64,000 bases of DNA from an uncultured Desulfosarcina sp. (GTDB taxonomy: Bacteria > Desulfobacterota > Desulfobacteria > Desulfobacterales > Desulfosarcinaceae), in NCBI GenBank assembly GCA_963674945.2, contig CAXXWQ010000003.1:1440001-1504000 (forward strand), given 5' to 3'. Positions 11,321 to 21,614 of this stretch are shown one piece after another. The position numbers and the translations under genes were made by a program. Below the pieces are notes generated by a model. That model saw nothing but the letters and a program-made list of their open reading frames with translations, had not been told where the DNA came from and did no database searches. Each line of letters begins with the position of its first letter. Within the stretch, counting starts at the first letter, position 1.

Positions 11321-11460
11321 TGCTGCCTCCCCAACAGTTAGAGATATTGCATTGCCATGTGGGCATCGCTGCTTTCAGCACAGAACGATTTTTATTATTC
11401 CACACAAAAATATAAGGCCGGTCAACCAGGAATCGATACATAGAATATGATCTTATAGGA

Positions 11461-11512
11461 AAAAAAGGAAGCCGCCGGCCTCCACAATGGGTTGTTTTCA
11501 GAGACCGGCGGC
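11461..11512 (-). terminator. intrinsic terminator downstream of the octaheme cytochrome gene
   Basis: GCCGCCGGCCTC/GAGACCGGCGGC stem followed on the minus strand by TTCCTTTTTT. Confidence 0.7.
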
Positions 11513-11523
11513 GGTGGTTGGGT

Positions 11524-12924
11524 TTATTTCTTGCCGAAAATCTCGGGCGGGCGCGTCGTATTTCCTGTGGCATTGGGGTACTTGGGATAGACATAGGCTT
11601 TTTTGCCGGTGGCGATCAGATGGTCGGCTTCTTCCATGAATTCGTTGAAACGTGCCTTGCATTCGTAAAAGCCATGCCACCAGGCGTAGTCCGGGGCCAT
11701 CATCATGACACCCATTCGAGCCCGACGTCCCTCGTGGTGCCACAACTCATAAAACTGGAGTTCAAGATGTTCGTCAAAGAACTTGCCGTTGTCCAGCAGA
11801 TTCCTGGCGTACAGATTGTCCAGCATCGCCTTGGCCGGCTTGAAGTAGACTTCGTTATACTCCTCCACAGCCTTGTCGAAGCCCTGGTAGAAATCTTCGA
11901 TCCATGAATCGCCGTGACAGGCGCGGCATACGTTCTTCATTTTGTCACGCTCGACTTGCCAATCATTTCCTGCGGGAAACGGTTTGAAGTCGGCAGGACG
12001 GACGGTCAGCGGCGCCTGGGTTTCCCAGGAAATTCGTTCGGTGACATCGTGGGTACCCATGACTTTTCCGGTGCCGCTCATATGACAGGCGGCACAGGTG
12101 GGCGCCCGGTAATCGGTACCCGGCGACCAGGTACCCGCGGCGGCCTTGAAATTGAATTCATCCCCGAACGCATTGTAGATGGTTCCATGTTTTGACTCCT
12201 CGTAGATCTCGATCTGGGGGTGATCCGGCCCCAGGTGGCAGGAGTCGCAGGCCTCTGGACGCCGGGCCTCCGAAACCGCGAAACGATGCCGGCTGTGACA
12301 GGAAGTGCACGACCCCTTGCTGCCGTCCATGTTCAACCGACCTACGCCCACATTGGGCCAGGTGGTGGGATCCAGTTTGCCTTTGTCATCGATGGCCAGC
12401 ACCGTTCCGTGACAGTGGTAACAGCCGGTCTTGCGCTCGTTGTCCGAATTCATGCCCTTGTTCAGCCAGGGGTCCAGCTTCCAGATGATCTCGATGGTGT
12501 TGGCATGTTTGCTCTTGCTGTATTGGGTCACTTCGTCCGGATGGCACCGGGAGCAGTCCTTTGGGGTGACGACGGTGGCGATGGGAACCTTGTATTTCTG
12601 GTCTCCATAGGGAAGATCACTGCGGCCGTAATACTTCTCGTGATCCTTGGCCACATCCTGATCCCCCGGCTGGGCCAGATGGCAGTCCAGGCAGGTGATG
12701 TTGGCGTTGGCATGGCGGCTGTTTGCCCAGTCGCAGAACAAACCGGGATTGGTTTGTTTGTGGCACTCGATGCAGGCCACGGCCTCGGGCGGCATACTGC
12801 GTTCGATGCGAAACTCCTTGACCTTGGCATAGTTTGGTTGTGCGAAGGCCGGCATTTGCAGGATGGCCAACACCAGCAACGCAATTGCCGTGCCTTCCAG
12901 GATAGACAATTTGGGTCGCCTCAT
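11524..12924 (-). CDS. octaheme cytochrome c, hydroxylamine oxidoreductase family (epsilon-Hao-like)
   Basis: signal peptide; 8 CxxCH motifs (CIECH, CLDCH, CSRCH, CYHCH, CTSCH, CDSCH, CAACH, CRACH); GPDHPQIEIYEESKHG; HHEGRRAR..APDYAWWHG. Confidence 0.9.
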   Translation of the reverse strand: MRRPKLSILEGTAIALLVLAILQMPAFAQPNYAKVKEFRIERSMPPEAVACIECHKQTNPGLFCDWANSRHANANITCLDCHLAQPGDQDVAKDHEKYYGRSDLPYGDQKYKVPIATVVTPKDCSRCHPDEVTQYSKSKHANTIEIIWKLDPWLNKGMNSDNERKTGCYHCHGTVLAIDDKGKLDPTTWPNVGVGRLNMDGSKGSCTSCHSRHRFAVSEARRPEACDSCHLGPDHPQIEIYEESKHGTIYNAFGDEFNFKAAAGTWSPGTDYRAPTCAACHMSGTGKVMGTHDVTERISWETQAPLTVRPADFKPFPAGNDWQVERDKMKNVCRACHGDSWIEDFYQGFDKAVEEYNEVYFKPAKAMLDNLYARNLLDNGKFFDEHLELQFYELWHHEGRRARMGVMMMAPDYAWWHGFYECKARFNEFMEEADHLIATGKKAYVYPKYPNATGNTTRPPEIFGKK

Positions 12925-12976
12925 GGTCCCCCCTTTCGATGGAAAAGCCTGATGAACGATTATAAATGCAGAATCC

Positions 12977-13540
12977 TTACAGCTTTCTCAGCCCTTTGGC
13001 CTGATATGGCACCTCCCGGTATTGCTTGTACATAACGGTTACCTGGTCGTTGTGAACCAGGTCATAATGGCAGTCTACGCATTTTTTCTCATACCCCGGT
13101 CTGGGATAGAGAACGGTTTTATGGGCAAGCATGGCACCGCGCTTGTCGGGCATTGCCAGCAGGTTGCGATGGCATTTTTGGCATTGGGCATTGTCAAAGG
13201 AGGCGTAGGCCGCTTCACGGTTTTTCTGGCGATCGTATTTTTCGATGATGAAATGTTTGATTACGTCCTTGGCGCCGTGGAACGTTTTGGCAAAGAAAAA
13301 GTCGAATGTTTTATGCGGTGCCGGCAGGTGGCAGTCCATGCAGTCTGCCACGAATCCTTGCGGATTGTTCACATGGGTTGAAGATCGCCAGGCCACCACT
13401 GCCGGCTTGATTTCATGGCATGTCGCACAAAAGCCAGGTGTTGAGGTTCTCACCATGGTGTAGTAGGTCATGCTGAACAACGGAAATGCGATGATGATGC
13501 CGACACCGATGAGTATGGCTGCAATCACGTACTTTTTCAT
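12977..13540 (-). CDS. NapC/NirT-family membrane-anchored tetraheme cytochrome c
   Basis: N-terminal TM; TSTPGFCATCH, CMDCH, CQKCH, CVDCH. Confidence 0.92.
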   Translation of the reverse strand: MKKYVIAAILIGVGIIIAFPLFSMTYYTMVRTSTPGFCATCHEIKPAVVAWRSSTHVNNPQGFVADCMDCHLPAPHKTFDFFFAKTFHGAKDVIKHFIIEKYDRQKNREAAYASFDNAQCQKCHRNLLAMPDKRGAMLAHKTVLYPRPGYEKKCVDCHYDLVHNDQVTVMYKQYREVPYQAKGLRKL

Positions 13541-14088
13541 TGTGCCCCCATCAATCACTTTTCCTCAATTTAATAATGCGAAACGATAAACGGCGCTTAA
13601 AAGATGCTCCCACCCATCTTAGTTGCCTACTAGAAAGTCTGACATGCCACCGCTCGGGAGCCGGACAATCGCTGCAGGCTGAATTATCCCCAGAAAAGAA
13701 CCGGCAATGCGGTCAGCAGGTATTTCCTTAGGAGTGGAGCTCTTTTATTGAACTTCAACAGCAACATGAGGAAACATCTTGGATTATGTCACGGGAGAAT
13801 CAATAGATATGAATACACATAATAAATATTCCCGTGCGTGTCAAACATATCGATTCTATTTGGTAACGCATGACAATCTCCATGATTTTCTAACAAGGTT
13901 GCTTGGACAATTGTTCAAAAATGAAGTATTTTAATGCATAAAAAGCTCGCTGTCGGTCCGAATCGTTTTGTTTTCCCTTTTCGTCAGCGGTGCAGTTCCT
14001 TAAGGGGCGGACGAATTGACGATGGGGCGGAAACGCACAATTGATGATTCGGGTTCGGCCGGTCTCATCATTTTTTGAAAAAAAAGGA

Positions 14089-14973
14089 ATGCAATTGGAC
14101 CTATCATTCATACCCATTGGCATGGAGCAGCAGAACGATTACCGCCGGCAACTGGCCCAATGCCGCCAGATTGCATCGGACTACAGCTTCACCAACCTGT
14201 TCGGGTGGGCACCGGAATACGACCTGGCGTGGGCCTGGAAAGATGATCTGGTCTGGATTCGACAATCTCACCCGTTCACGGCACTATGGGCGCCGATTGG
14301 AAACTGGGACACGGTGAACTGGCCGTCCCTATTGCCGGCACTATCTTCCGTGGCGGATCGTATCATTCGCATACCGGAGGTTTTACGGGAAATCTGGCAA
14401 GATGCGATATCCGGCGATGGCAGATTTACTGAATCCCGTGGCCAGTGGGATTATTTGTATCGGATCGAAGAGTTGGTACAATTGAAGGGCAATCGGTTTC
14501 ACAAGAAAAAAAACTTGGTCAACCAGTTCAAGAAAACCTATCCATTCGAATACCTGCCGTTCGGACCGGAAATGGTTGACCAGGCACTGGCAATGCAGGA
14601 AGACTGGTGCACCTGGCGAGATTGCGAAAGCCATGACACGCTGGCGGCCGAAAACAAGTCCATCGCACGAATTCTCGGCCAGTGGCAAAATCTCAAAGGC
14701 CTCAACGGCGGCGCACTTCGCGTGGAGGATAATCTGGTCGCCTACACCATCGCCGAAAGGATGCCCGACCAGACCATCGTCATTCACTTCGAAAAAGGCA
14801 ACCCCGATTACAAAGGAAGTTATCAGGCGATCAATCAATTGTTTCTGGAAAACCTTGCCCCGGGACCCGATCTGGTCAACCGGGAGCAGGATCTTGACGA
14901 TCCCGGATTACGCAAGGCCAAACTTTCCTACCACCCGGTCGGCCATGTCAAAAAATACGAACTGGCATTATGA
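14089..14973 (+). CDS. DUF2156 / phosphatidylglycerol lysyltransferase-like GNAT domain protein
   Basis: DYSFTNLFGW, DYLY..LKGNRFHKKKNLVNQF, VIHFEKG, NREQDL..GLRKAKLSYHP. Confidence 0.88.
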   Translation: MQLDLSFIPIGMEQQNDYRRQLAQCRQIASDYSFTNLFGWAPEYDLAWAWKDDLVWIRQSHPFTALWAPIGNWDTVNWPSLLPALSSVADRIIRIPEVLREIWQDAISGDGRFTESRGQWDYLYRIEELVQLKGNRFHKKKNLVNQFKKTYPFEYLPFGPEMVDQALAMQEDWCTWRDCESHDTLAAENKSIARILGQWQNLKGLNGGALRVEDNLVAYTIAERMPDQTIVIHFEKGNPDYKGSYQAINQLFLENLAPGPDLVNREQDLDDPGLRKAKLSYHPVGHVKKYELAL

Positions 14974-15096
14974 TGCTGTTTTCAACCATTTATTTGTGAC
15001 CAATGCATCAAAAGAAACGTAACATCTTTAAATATCATACAAATACTTCACGCTAACGCATTATCAGCCTTTGGATGTGTTTTTCCATCTTTTCGA

Positions 15097-15624
15097 TCAC
15101 GTTTCCTGTCCGGCGGACGCCCCCTCCCCTTTCGGTGCGAAGAGGATCGCCATCAATCTGCCGATGCCCAATATCCCGCCAACGACCAAGGCACCGCCGA
15201 CCAGTTGAATTCCCATCCAGAGCCACGGATTGGGCGCCGGTTCCTGAACCTTTGCGGCAAGGGCGGAAATGAGAAAGTACATGAAGGCATAGTTGTTGAA
15301 CAAAACGGGTAGAATTTCTCCCAATGCTACGATCAGGTAGACGAACAGGCATATGTAAACGAGTTTTGCCGTCAAAATTCCGGTCAGGGGTGCAACCGCC
15401 TTGAGAAATATTCCGATCAGCACAAGGTTGAGGATGCCGAATGTTCCTCCGATGAGAATATGCGGCGCTCGCTTGGGATTCATATGATTTTCAAAAAAGA
15501 AGATCATCACCATGAATGCCGGCCAATTGGCCATGTGCAAGTGATGCAGAACGATATCGATGGATACGATCAGGACCAACAGGAACACGCCAAAAATCAA
15601 CCTCGTTTTGTCTATCTTCGCCAT
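15097..15624 (-). CDS. conserved integral membrane protein
   Basis: about 6 hydrophobic segments, WPAFM motif; GAGG RBS. Confidence 0.75.
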   Translation of the reverse strand: MAKIDKTRLIFGVFLLVLIVSIDIVLHHLHMANWPAFMVMIFFFENHMNPKRAPHILIGGTFGILNLVLIGIFLKAVAPLTGILTAKLVYICLFVYLIVALGEILPVLFNNYAFMYFLISALAAKVQEPAPNPWLWMGIQLVGGALVVGGILGIGRLMAILFAPKGEGASAGQET

Positions 15625-15796
15625 TGGTTTACCTCACATGTAACTATGACGGATTCGTAAAAAGCTTTTCCAGGCCAAATACGGCCAAACAATCGCATGC
15701 GAGAAACTCGTTATTATTTTCTTTGCAGACAGATGGAAACGAGGGAAAAGCTTTTTATAAAAAAGTCCTTTTTAAGTGGAATAATGAACGAGTTCC

Positions 15797-17131
15797 CTAT
15801 AAGTCCGAAATCTGAAACAACGATTCCTCAAATTCCGGCCGATTCTCATATTTTCGCATCAATTGTGCCGGTATTTTTTCGACTTCCTGAAACAGGCGGT
15901 CTTCTGCGTCGATACCGGCCTGATGAAGCGCTTTTCGGATATCTTCCGGTTCGGGCGGACAGCCTTTCACGGGAATCATCTCCTTGATGACAGGATTTTT
16001 CCTGTGGGCCTTGTACATGCACTGGCCGATCAGTATGGTTTTGTTCATTCCGGGGGTCGGCTGCATTCTTTTGCCGGTGAGAACTTCCACCTTGTCCCAG
16101 GCTTTTCCCTTCCAGGCCGAACGGAGGGCTGCCAGGGCCAGTCCATTGACAAGCGAACAATAGGTGCACATGGTGGTGTCGTATCTTCGGTAGGAAACGC
16201 CTTTGATGCCCTGCTGCAAAAGGGGGGCGGGAAGCCAGGAGCCGTCATCTGCCTGTCCATAGGCATAATCGAATTCATGGCGAAAGGCCACGTTATCCAC
16301 TTCTTCTCCTGACAATTCGATATCCGACAGATCCAATGGACGGCCCCGCTTCTGCGCGGCCAGTACCAGGTGAGGTACCGCATCCGGCGTGTGTCCCAGA
16401 ACCCGCGCCCCCACCAAGTCGGCCGACAGCACATCGGACGAGGCGATCAACAGGTTTGTCCTGCGAATGCGTCCGTCCGGCCCCGGCCCCCTTTCATTGG
16501 AATAGATCCCGTCGATGAGGGTGAACATGGGAGGCATTTTATCGGCCAGTCGGGATACCCAGAAGTGAAGGTCCCTGACCGGGTCCGCGTTGTGGCACCG
16601 TTTTCTCGACCGCATGTCGATGGTTCCCTTGAGGTTCTTGATACCCAGACTGACGACGGTCTGCACGTGGGTTTTCAACACCGGCAGATTGACCACGAAA
16701 TCGCTGGCCAGGATGTCGCTGTTGAAGTTCAGGCGCACATCGTCACCCAGGTCGACTTCTTCGAAGGGCCGCTCCATTATGTTGGCGATTTTTACGCCGT
16801 AGCGACGGCGCAACCGGTTGTACCCCAAAGTTTCGAAGGCGTGGGCCGGTTTTTCGTGATCCGTTGGACGGATCACCATGCCTTCGCCGATGGTGATATC
16901 GTCGATTCCACGCTCCTTGAGAAGGACCACCACGTCCTCCACCACCCGTGATGTAGTGATCACGCCCCACTTGGGAAAGGGACCGTGAACCGACCAGAAA
17001 ACGATATTGGGCTTGATAAATACCCGGTCCTTGGGTTTCAGTTGGTTTAACCCGCCGCTCGAATCGACTGCATGGCGGACGGATTCGAGCGGATTTCGAT
17101 ACGGGACGATGGCGACGATGGGCTTGGACAT
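15797..17131 (-). CDS. DUF362 domain protein with C-terminal Cys-containing (Fe-S-like) domain
   Basis: VFIKPNIV, NLPVLKTH..SLGIKNLKG, CTYC..GQC..GCPP. Confidence 0.85.
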   Translation of the reverse strand: MSKPIVAIVPYRNPLESVRHAVDSSGGLNQLKPKDRVFIKPNIVFWSVHGPFPKWGVITTSRVVEDVVVLLKERGIDDITIGEGMVIRPTDHEKPAHAFETLGYNRLRRRYGVKIANIMERPFEEVDLGDDVRLNFNSDILASDFVVNLPVLKTHVQTVVSLGIKNLKGTIDMRSRKRCHNADPVRDLHFWVSRLADKMPPMFTLIDGIYSNERGPGPDGRIRRTNLLIASSDVLSADLVGARVLGHTPDAVPHLVLAAQKRGRPLDLSDIELSGEEVDNVAFRHEFDYAYGQADDGSWLPAPLLQQGIKGVSYRRYDTTMCTYCSLVNGLALAALRSAWKGKAWDKVEVLTGKRMQPTPGMNKTILIGQCMYKAHRKNPVIKEMIPVKGCPPEPEDIRKALHQAGIDAEDRLFQEVEKIPAQLMRKYENRPEFEESLFQISDL

Positions 17132-17171
17132 GGGCGGCCTCTTTTACTACGGCTTTTGGTCTGTTAATGGA

Positions 17172-17633
17172 TCAACCATCGATGATATACATGGCCAGAA
17201 ATTCCGCCACACATGCCGGCTTGGCGGCACCCTGAATCTCTATGGTGTGCTGGGTGGTCACGAGAATTCTGCCGGCGCCCTTCTGCTTTACGTCCTTGCA
17301 CACGATGACATCACGAATCGAGGAATTCACCGGAACCGGGTTAACAAAACGTACGCGATTGAGGCCGTAATTAAAAAACATCTTCGTGCCGGTGGGAACC
17401 AGGGAAAATTGGGAACCCAGATACGGGATCAGGGACAGCGTGAGAAAACCGTGGGCGATGGTGCCGCCAAAGGACTCCTTTGCCTTGACCGGATCCACGT
17501 GTATCCACTGGTAGTCCTCGGTTGCGGCGGCAAACCGATCGATGCGGTCCTGGTCGATTGTCATCCAGTCGCTTACGCCGATCTCTTCGCCGACGAGATC
17601 TTTCAGTTCGTTCAGGGATAATTGCTTTTTCAT
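17172..17633 (-). CDS. MaoC-family dehydratase
   Basis: FAAATEDYQWIHVDP..GTIAHGFLTLSL..NYGLNRVRF. Confidence 0.93.
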   Translation of the reverse strand: MKKQLSLNELKDLVGEEIGVSDWMTIDQDRIDRFAAATEDYQWIHVDPVKAKESFGGTIAHGFLTLSLIPYLGSQFSLVPTGTKMFFNYGLNRVRFVNPVPVNSSIRDVIVCKDVKQKGAGRILVTTQHTIEIQGAAKPACVAEFLAMYIIDG

Positions 17634-17648
17634 CGGTAGATCACCACC

Positions 17649-18521
17649 TTACTTTTTCGAATAGTCGTACCACCCTTTTCCGCTCTTCTGCCCGTACTCC
17701 CCCTTGATATACCGCGCCACCGTTTGCGGCGACGGGAAGTTGCTCGCATCACCGGTTCGCTTGAAGCGCTCCATGCCCATGATGTAAGACAGGTCGATAC
17801 CGGTGAGATCTTCCAGCCGAAAGGGCCCCATGGGATGGCCGGCGCCGTAGACGCAGGCCTTGTCGATGTCCTCGAAGGAAGCGACTCCCATCTCGAGCAT
17901 CCACTTGGCCTCCTTGTTGATAACCCGGAAGATGCGGTTGAGCAAAAAGCCATCCACCTCTTTTCGCACATGTACCGGCACCTTTTCCAGACGGTCGCAG
18001 AGCGCAAGGGAGATCCGGGCCGTCTCGTCGGAGACGTGGGGCCCCTGAACCACCTCCACCAATTTCATCACCAGGGCCGGGTTGAAAAAGTGAAGGTTGA
18101 CCACCTTTTCGGGACGCCCGGTGACATCGGCAATACGGGAACTGACGATGGCGGAGCTGTTGGTGGCCAGGATGGCATGGGCCGGAGCGAATTTGTCCAG
18201 GTCGGCAAATACGTTGCGCTTGATATCCAATACTTCGATGGCCGCTTCGATCACGTAGTCCGCCTCTTTCACCGCATCTTCCAAATTCGACGTGAAACGG
18301 ATTCTCTCCCGCGCCGCCGTTGCTTCGTCTTCGGATAATCTGCCCTTTTTTACCCGTCCTGGCAAGTACCCGTCCACAAATGATTCCGCTTTTTTCAGCA
18401 CCTCTTCGCTGATATCGGTACAGGTGGTGTTGTATCCCCTGATGGCGCAAAGGGTGGAGATCTGGTGGCCCATGTTTCCCGCCCCGATCACGCAGACGTT
18501 TTTAATGTCGTCGATATTCAT
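17649..18521 (-). CDS. 3-hydroxyacyl-CoA dehydrogenase
   Basis: IGAGNMG, EAAIE, ATNSS, HFFNP, GHPMGPF. Confidence 0.95.
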   Translation of the reverse strand: MNIDDIKNVCVIGAGNMGHQISTLCAIRGYNTTCTDISEEVLKKAESFVDGYLPGRVKKGRLSEDEATAARERIRFTSNLEDAVKEADYVIEAAIEVLDIKRNVFADLDKFAPAHAILATNSSAIVSSRIADVTGRPEKVVNLHFFNPALVMKLVEVVQGPHVSDETARISLALCDRLEKVPVHVRKEVDGFLLNRIFRVINKEAKWMLEMGVASFEDIDKACVYGAGHPMGPFRLEDLTGIDLSYIMGMERFKRTGDASNFPSPQTVARYIKGEYGQKSGKGWYDYSKK

Positions 18522-18558
18522 GTCTCGTTCCTCCGTAAAAATAGAATTAAACTTTCCA

Positions 18559-19767
18559 TTATCGTTGCAGGTTTTCGATCACCGTGGCCACTCCCAGACC
18601 ACCGCCACAGCAGGAACTGAAGAAACCGTACTGCCCGCCGCTCCGAATCAGTTCCCGCATGGCAAACATGCAGACACGGGCACCGGAAGCACCATTGGGG
18701 TGTCCGTAGGCAATTGCCCCGCCCAAGGGATTCCATTTTTCCATATCGATCTTCTCACCGGTCTGATTTTCGATCTCCTGGATAACGGCCAGGTTCTGGA
18801 CGGCAAAGGCCTCGTTGCACTCCATTACCGCCATATCGCTTATTTTCAGATCGGCCATTTGAAGTGCCTTGACAACGGCATGGGCCGGCCCGATGCCCAT
18901 GATTTTGGGATCCACGCCGCAGTCGGCACCGCTGATCCAGCGGGCCATGGGAGAATAGCCCAACGCTTCGGCCTTTTCCCGTGTCATCATCAAGACGAAA
19001 GCCGAACCGTCGTTTCGGCCGGAAGCATTTCCGGCGGTCACGGTGCCGCCTTTCTTGAAGACGGGTTTTAGTTTTGCCAGTCCTTCCCGTGTCGTATCCG
19101 GCCGGATATGCTCATCCTTGTCGAAAACGATTTCAGGGGTTTTACGGGTGGCCGGGATAACCACGGGGACGATTTCGCCTTCGAATTTGCCGTCTTCCCA
19201 TGCCTTTGCCGCTCTCATCTGGCTGTTGCAGGCGAATTCATCGGACTGCTCCCGGGGAATGTCATACATCTCCTGCAGGTTCTCCGCCGTTACTCCCATG
19301 ACGAGCTGTTCCTCTTCGACGGGCGACAATGTCATTTTAATTGGTGAGGGCGGAATCAGGCGATACGGCGGATTGGACATGGAGAACCGTGCGGGAATCT
19401 GGCTGTAGGACTCCATGCCGCCGGCAATGATGATGTCGGCCGCACCGGCGTTCAGCTTCCAGGCCGCATGGTTGATGGAATCGATGGCCGAACCGCACTG
19501 CATCTCCACATAGGTGGCGCTGGTCTCGTACCCCAGGCCTGCTTTCAGCGTTGCCCATCGGGCCGGGTTCATGGCCCTGGAGCAGTGGGCGGCGCTTCCC
19601 AGGAAGACACAGTCCACCCTGGCTTTTTCGAGAATCCTGGTTTTTTCCACCAACCCGCGGATACCGATTGCAGCCAGTTCGGATGCGCTGATATCGCGGA
19701 TGGTCCCACCCATTCGGCCGAAAGCCGTTCTGACGCCATCAATAAATACGACTTCATTGCTTGACAT
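18559..19767 (-). CDS. acetyl-CoA acyltransferase (thiolase)
   Basis: MQCGS, NEAFA, GHPNGASG, CCGGG; AAGGAG RBS. Confidence 0.95.
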   Translation of the reverse strand: MSSNEVVFIDGVRTAFGRMGGTIRDISASELAAIGIRGLVEKTRILEKARVDCVFLGSAAHCSRAMNPARWATLKAGLGYETSATYVEMQCGSAIDSINHAAWKLNAGAADIIIAGGMESYSQIPARFSMSNPPYRLIPPSPIKMTLSPVEEEQLVMGVTAENLQEMYDIPREQSDEFACNSQMRAAKAWEDGKFEGEIVPVVIPATRKTPEIVFDKDEHIRPDTTREGLAKLKPVFKKGGTVTAGNASGRNDGSAFVLMMTREKAEALGYSPMARWISGADCGVDPKIMGIGPAHAVVKALQMADLKISDMAVMECNEAFAVQNLAVIQEIENQTGEKIDMEKWNPLGGAIAYGHPNGASGARVCMFAMRELIRSGGQYGFFSSCCGGGLGVATVIENLQR

Positions 19768-19802
19768 GTGCACTCCTTTTGTTTTCCATTGGATGATTTT
19801 CC

Positions 19803-21575
19803 CTAATCACCAATAAAAAAGCGCTCAGGGTCGAAGAGTCGCAACAGAACCAGCTCTTCGCGGGTCGGCGGCGTGATTCGCACAAGGTCCGGCGAGACAA
19901 TCAGTTCCCAACCGATATTTTCCCGGATGCCCGCCAGGCAACCGGACTCACTGGCAGCGTCGGCGGCGGGCAGGTAATGGGTCAGCGTAAACGGATGCCG
20001 GCCTCGTGGCTTTTCGAAGACACCCACATCGGTGACCAGAGTCCGTATAGGGTCTCCGGAAAACGTGACGTAGGGAACCTTTGGAAGCAATCGATCCTTT
20101 CCCGCAGTCGTCACCACGATGGACTCCCGACTGGTGGCGGCCACATCGTTGGCACCGCCGGAGCCCACCAGAAAGGTCACGCCGGGAATCAATGTCGAGT
20201 TGACGTTTCCAAACAGGTCGATCTGGCCGGCACCGAGAATGCCGAGGCAGCGGCTGGAGGGACTGCCCACCATGTATCCCAGGATGGTTTCGATGTTGGT
20301 CAAAAATGCACTGGAATGGTTGTTGTGGTAGCTGAAAGCCGTGGGATCCGATGGCCGGGGATCGTATCCCGCCATGCCGATCTCGGCCAGCATGTCGACC
20401 CTGTTCCCCTTTTCTTCCAGGCGGTGTTTCGCCAGCCAGGCGCTCAGGTTGGCCTGACCGATGCCGGCCAGCAGGCTGTCATACCCTTTGGCCAGACAAC
20501 GTTCGGCAATCACCCGGCTTGCCGCCACGGTCATCTTCTCCAGGATATTCGGCGGCCGGGAAAAGTCGACATTCTGGCATTTCGTTGCGGTTTCGGCCTT
20601 CCATGAATCGGCCTGGGCCTTGCCGCGCAGGTAGAGCAAGCGTTTCGCCCCCAGTCTGGCCAGATAGTCATCGTGGTCCTTGACGCTTAAAATCCACCTG
20701 TCGATCCAGTGGTCGAAGTCTTCGTCGCGACAGGTGGCCTCCATGAGTTCGGCCTGAAAGTCATAGTCCGGGAAATTGGCGTTTTCGTAGTCGGGCAGTC
20801 CATGCCCCGTGACGCCGTATGGGTGCAGTCCGAAAGGCGCCTCGCAGACGGCCAGAACCGACCGGGCGGGAATGCGAACCATGTGGGCATGCCTCTTCAC
20901 ATAATCCGTGGAAACAATTTTTTCGGTACTGACGATCACGCCTTTTTTGGCGGCCCAGGCGCCGTAGGCGTCTCCGATCAACGGATAGGTGAACAGGGCG
21001 TTTCCGCTTTTGTCGGCGGCGGCGGCATGCATCAGGGCAACGTCCGGGACAAGTGGACGGACCAGACCGATCTTCTCCTTACCGCCAAAGGGCGCATCCA
21101 TTGTCGTAAAATTTGACTGGTTCTCTTCTGCCATACTGCTTCCCATCAACGACCGGGTGGGCAGAAAGTCCAGCCCCAGCGCTGCCGCCAGCAGACGCTG
21201 GATGAGCGTACGGATGGTCCAGTTCTCGATTTCAATGCCACCCTTTACGAAAGCCTTCTGTACGACCCGGCAGGGTCGCGGACTCGGATAGGTATGACCG
21301 ACGAAACTGGTGATGGCCTTTTTGACCAGCCCACCATGGATCATGGCGTGAAGCTGCAGGGTCACACCGGTGGTGATGATGGTGAAATCCGGCCGCTGCC
21401 CCCAGAACTGTCTGACCAGGGGGTTGAGCAGGGCCGCACCGCAGGGAACGTAAAGTTTCATCTGCGGTTCGACGTGACGCGCGATGGCCTCTTGCGGCGT
21501 GCAGCGCTTATCTTCGCCATCCGGTTTTGCATCGTCGAATTTTTGCCTGATCAATGCGGCCAGCTGTTGTTCCAT
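19803..21575 (-). CDS. family I CoA-transferase, fused alpha+beta (glutaconate CoA-transferase-like)
   Basis: PDVALMHAAAADKSGN, EAPFGLHP, LAEIG, GAGQIDLFGNVNST, GSGGANDV. Confidence 0.85.
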   Translation of the reverse strand: MEQQLAALIRQKFDDAKPDGEDKRCTPQEAIARHVEPQMKLYVPCGAALLNPLVRQFWGQRPDFTIITTGVTLQLHAMIHGGLVKKAITSFVGHTYPSPRPCRVVQKAFVKGGIEIENWTIRTLIQRLLAAALGLDFLPTRSLMGSSMAEENQSNFTTMDAPFGGKEKIGLVRPLVPDVALMHAAAADKSGNALFTYPLIGDAYGAWAAKKGVIVSTEKIVSTDYVKRHAHMVRIPARSVLAVCEAPFGLHPYGVTGHGLPDYENANFPDYDFQAELMEATCRDEDFDHWIDRWILSVKDHDDYLARLGAKRLLYLRGKAQADSWKAETATKCQNVDFSRPPNILEKMTVAASRVIAERCLAKGYDSLLAGIGQANLSAWLAKHRLEEKGNRVDMLAEIGMAGYDPRPSDPTAFSYHNNHSSAFLTNIETILGYMVGSPSSRCLGILGAGQIDLFGNVNSTLIPGVTFLVGSGGANDVAATSRESIVVTTAGKDRLLPKVPYVTFSGDPIRTLVTDVGVFEKPRGRHPFTLTHYLPAADAASESGCLAGIRENIGWELIVSPDLVRITPPTREELVLLRLFDPERFFIGD

Positions 21576-21614
21576 TGCCGTTTCTCTTTTCAGGTTTTTC
21601 AAGATGGACGCACG

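Noticed and set aside
13560..13800. Riboswitch or cytochrome remnant (DNSACSDCP) upstream of napC
   Set aside because: No open frame with a start, no His after CxxC, no recognisable aptamer
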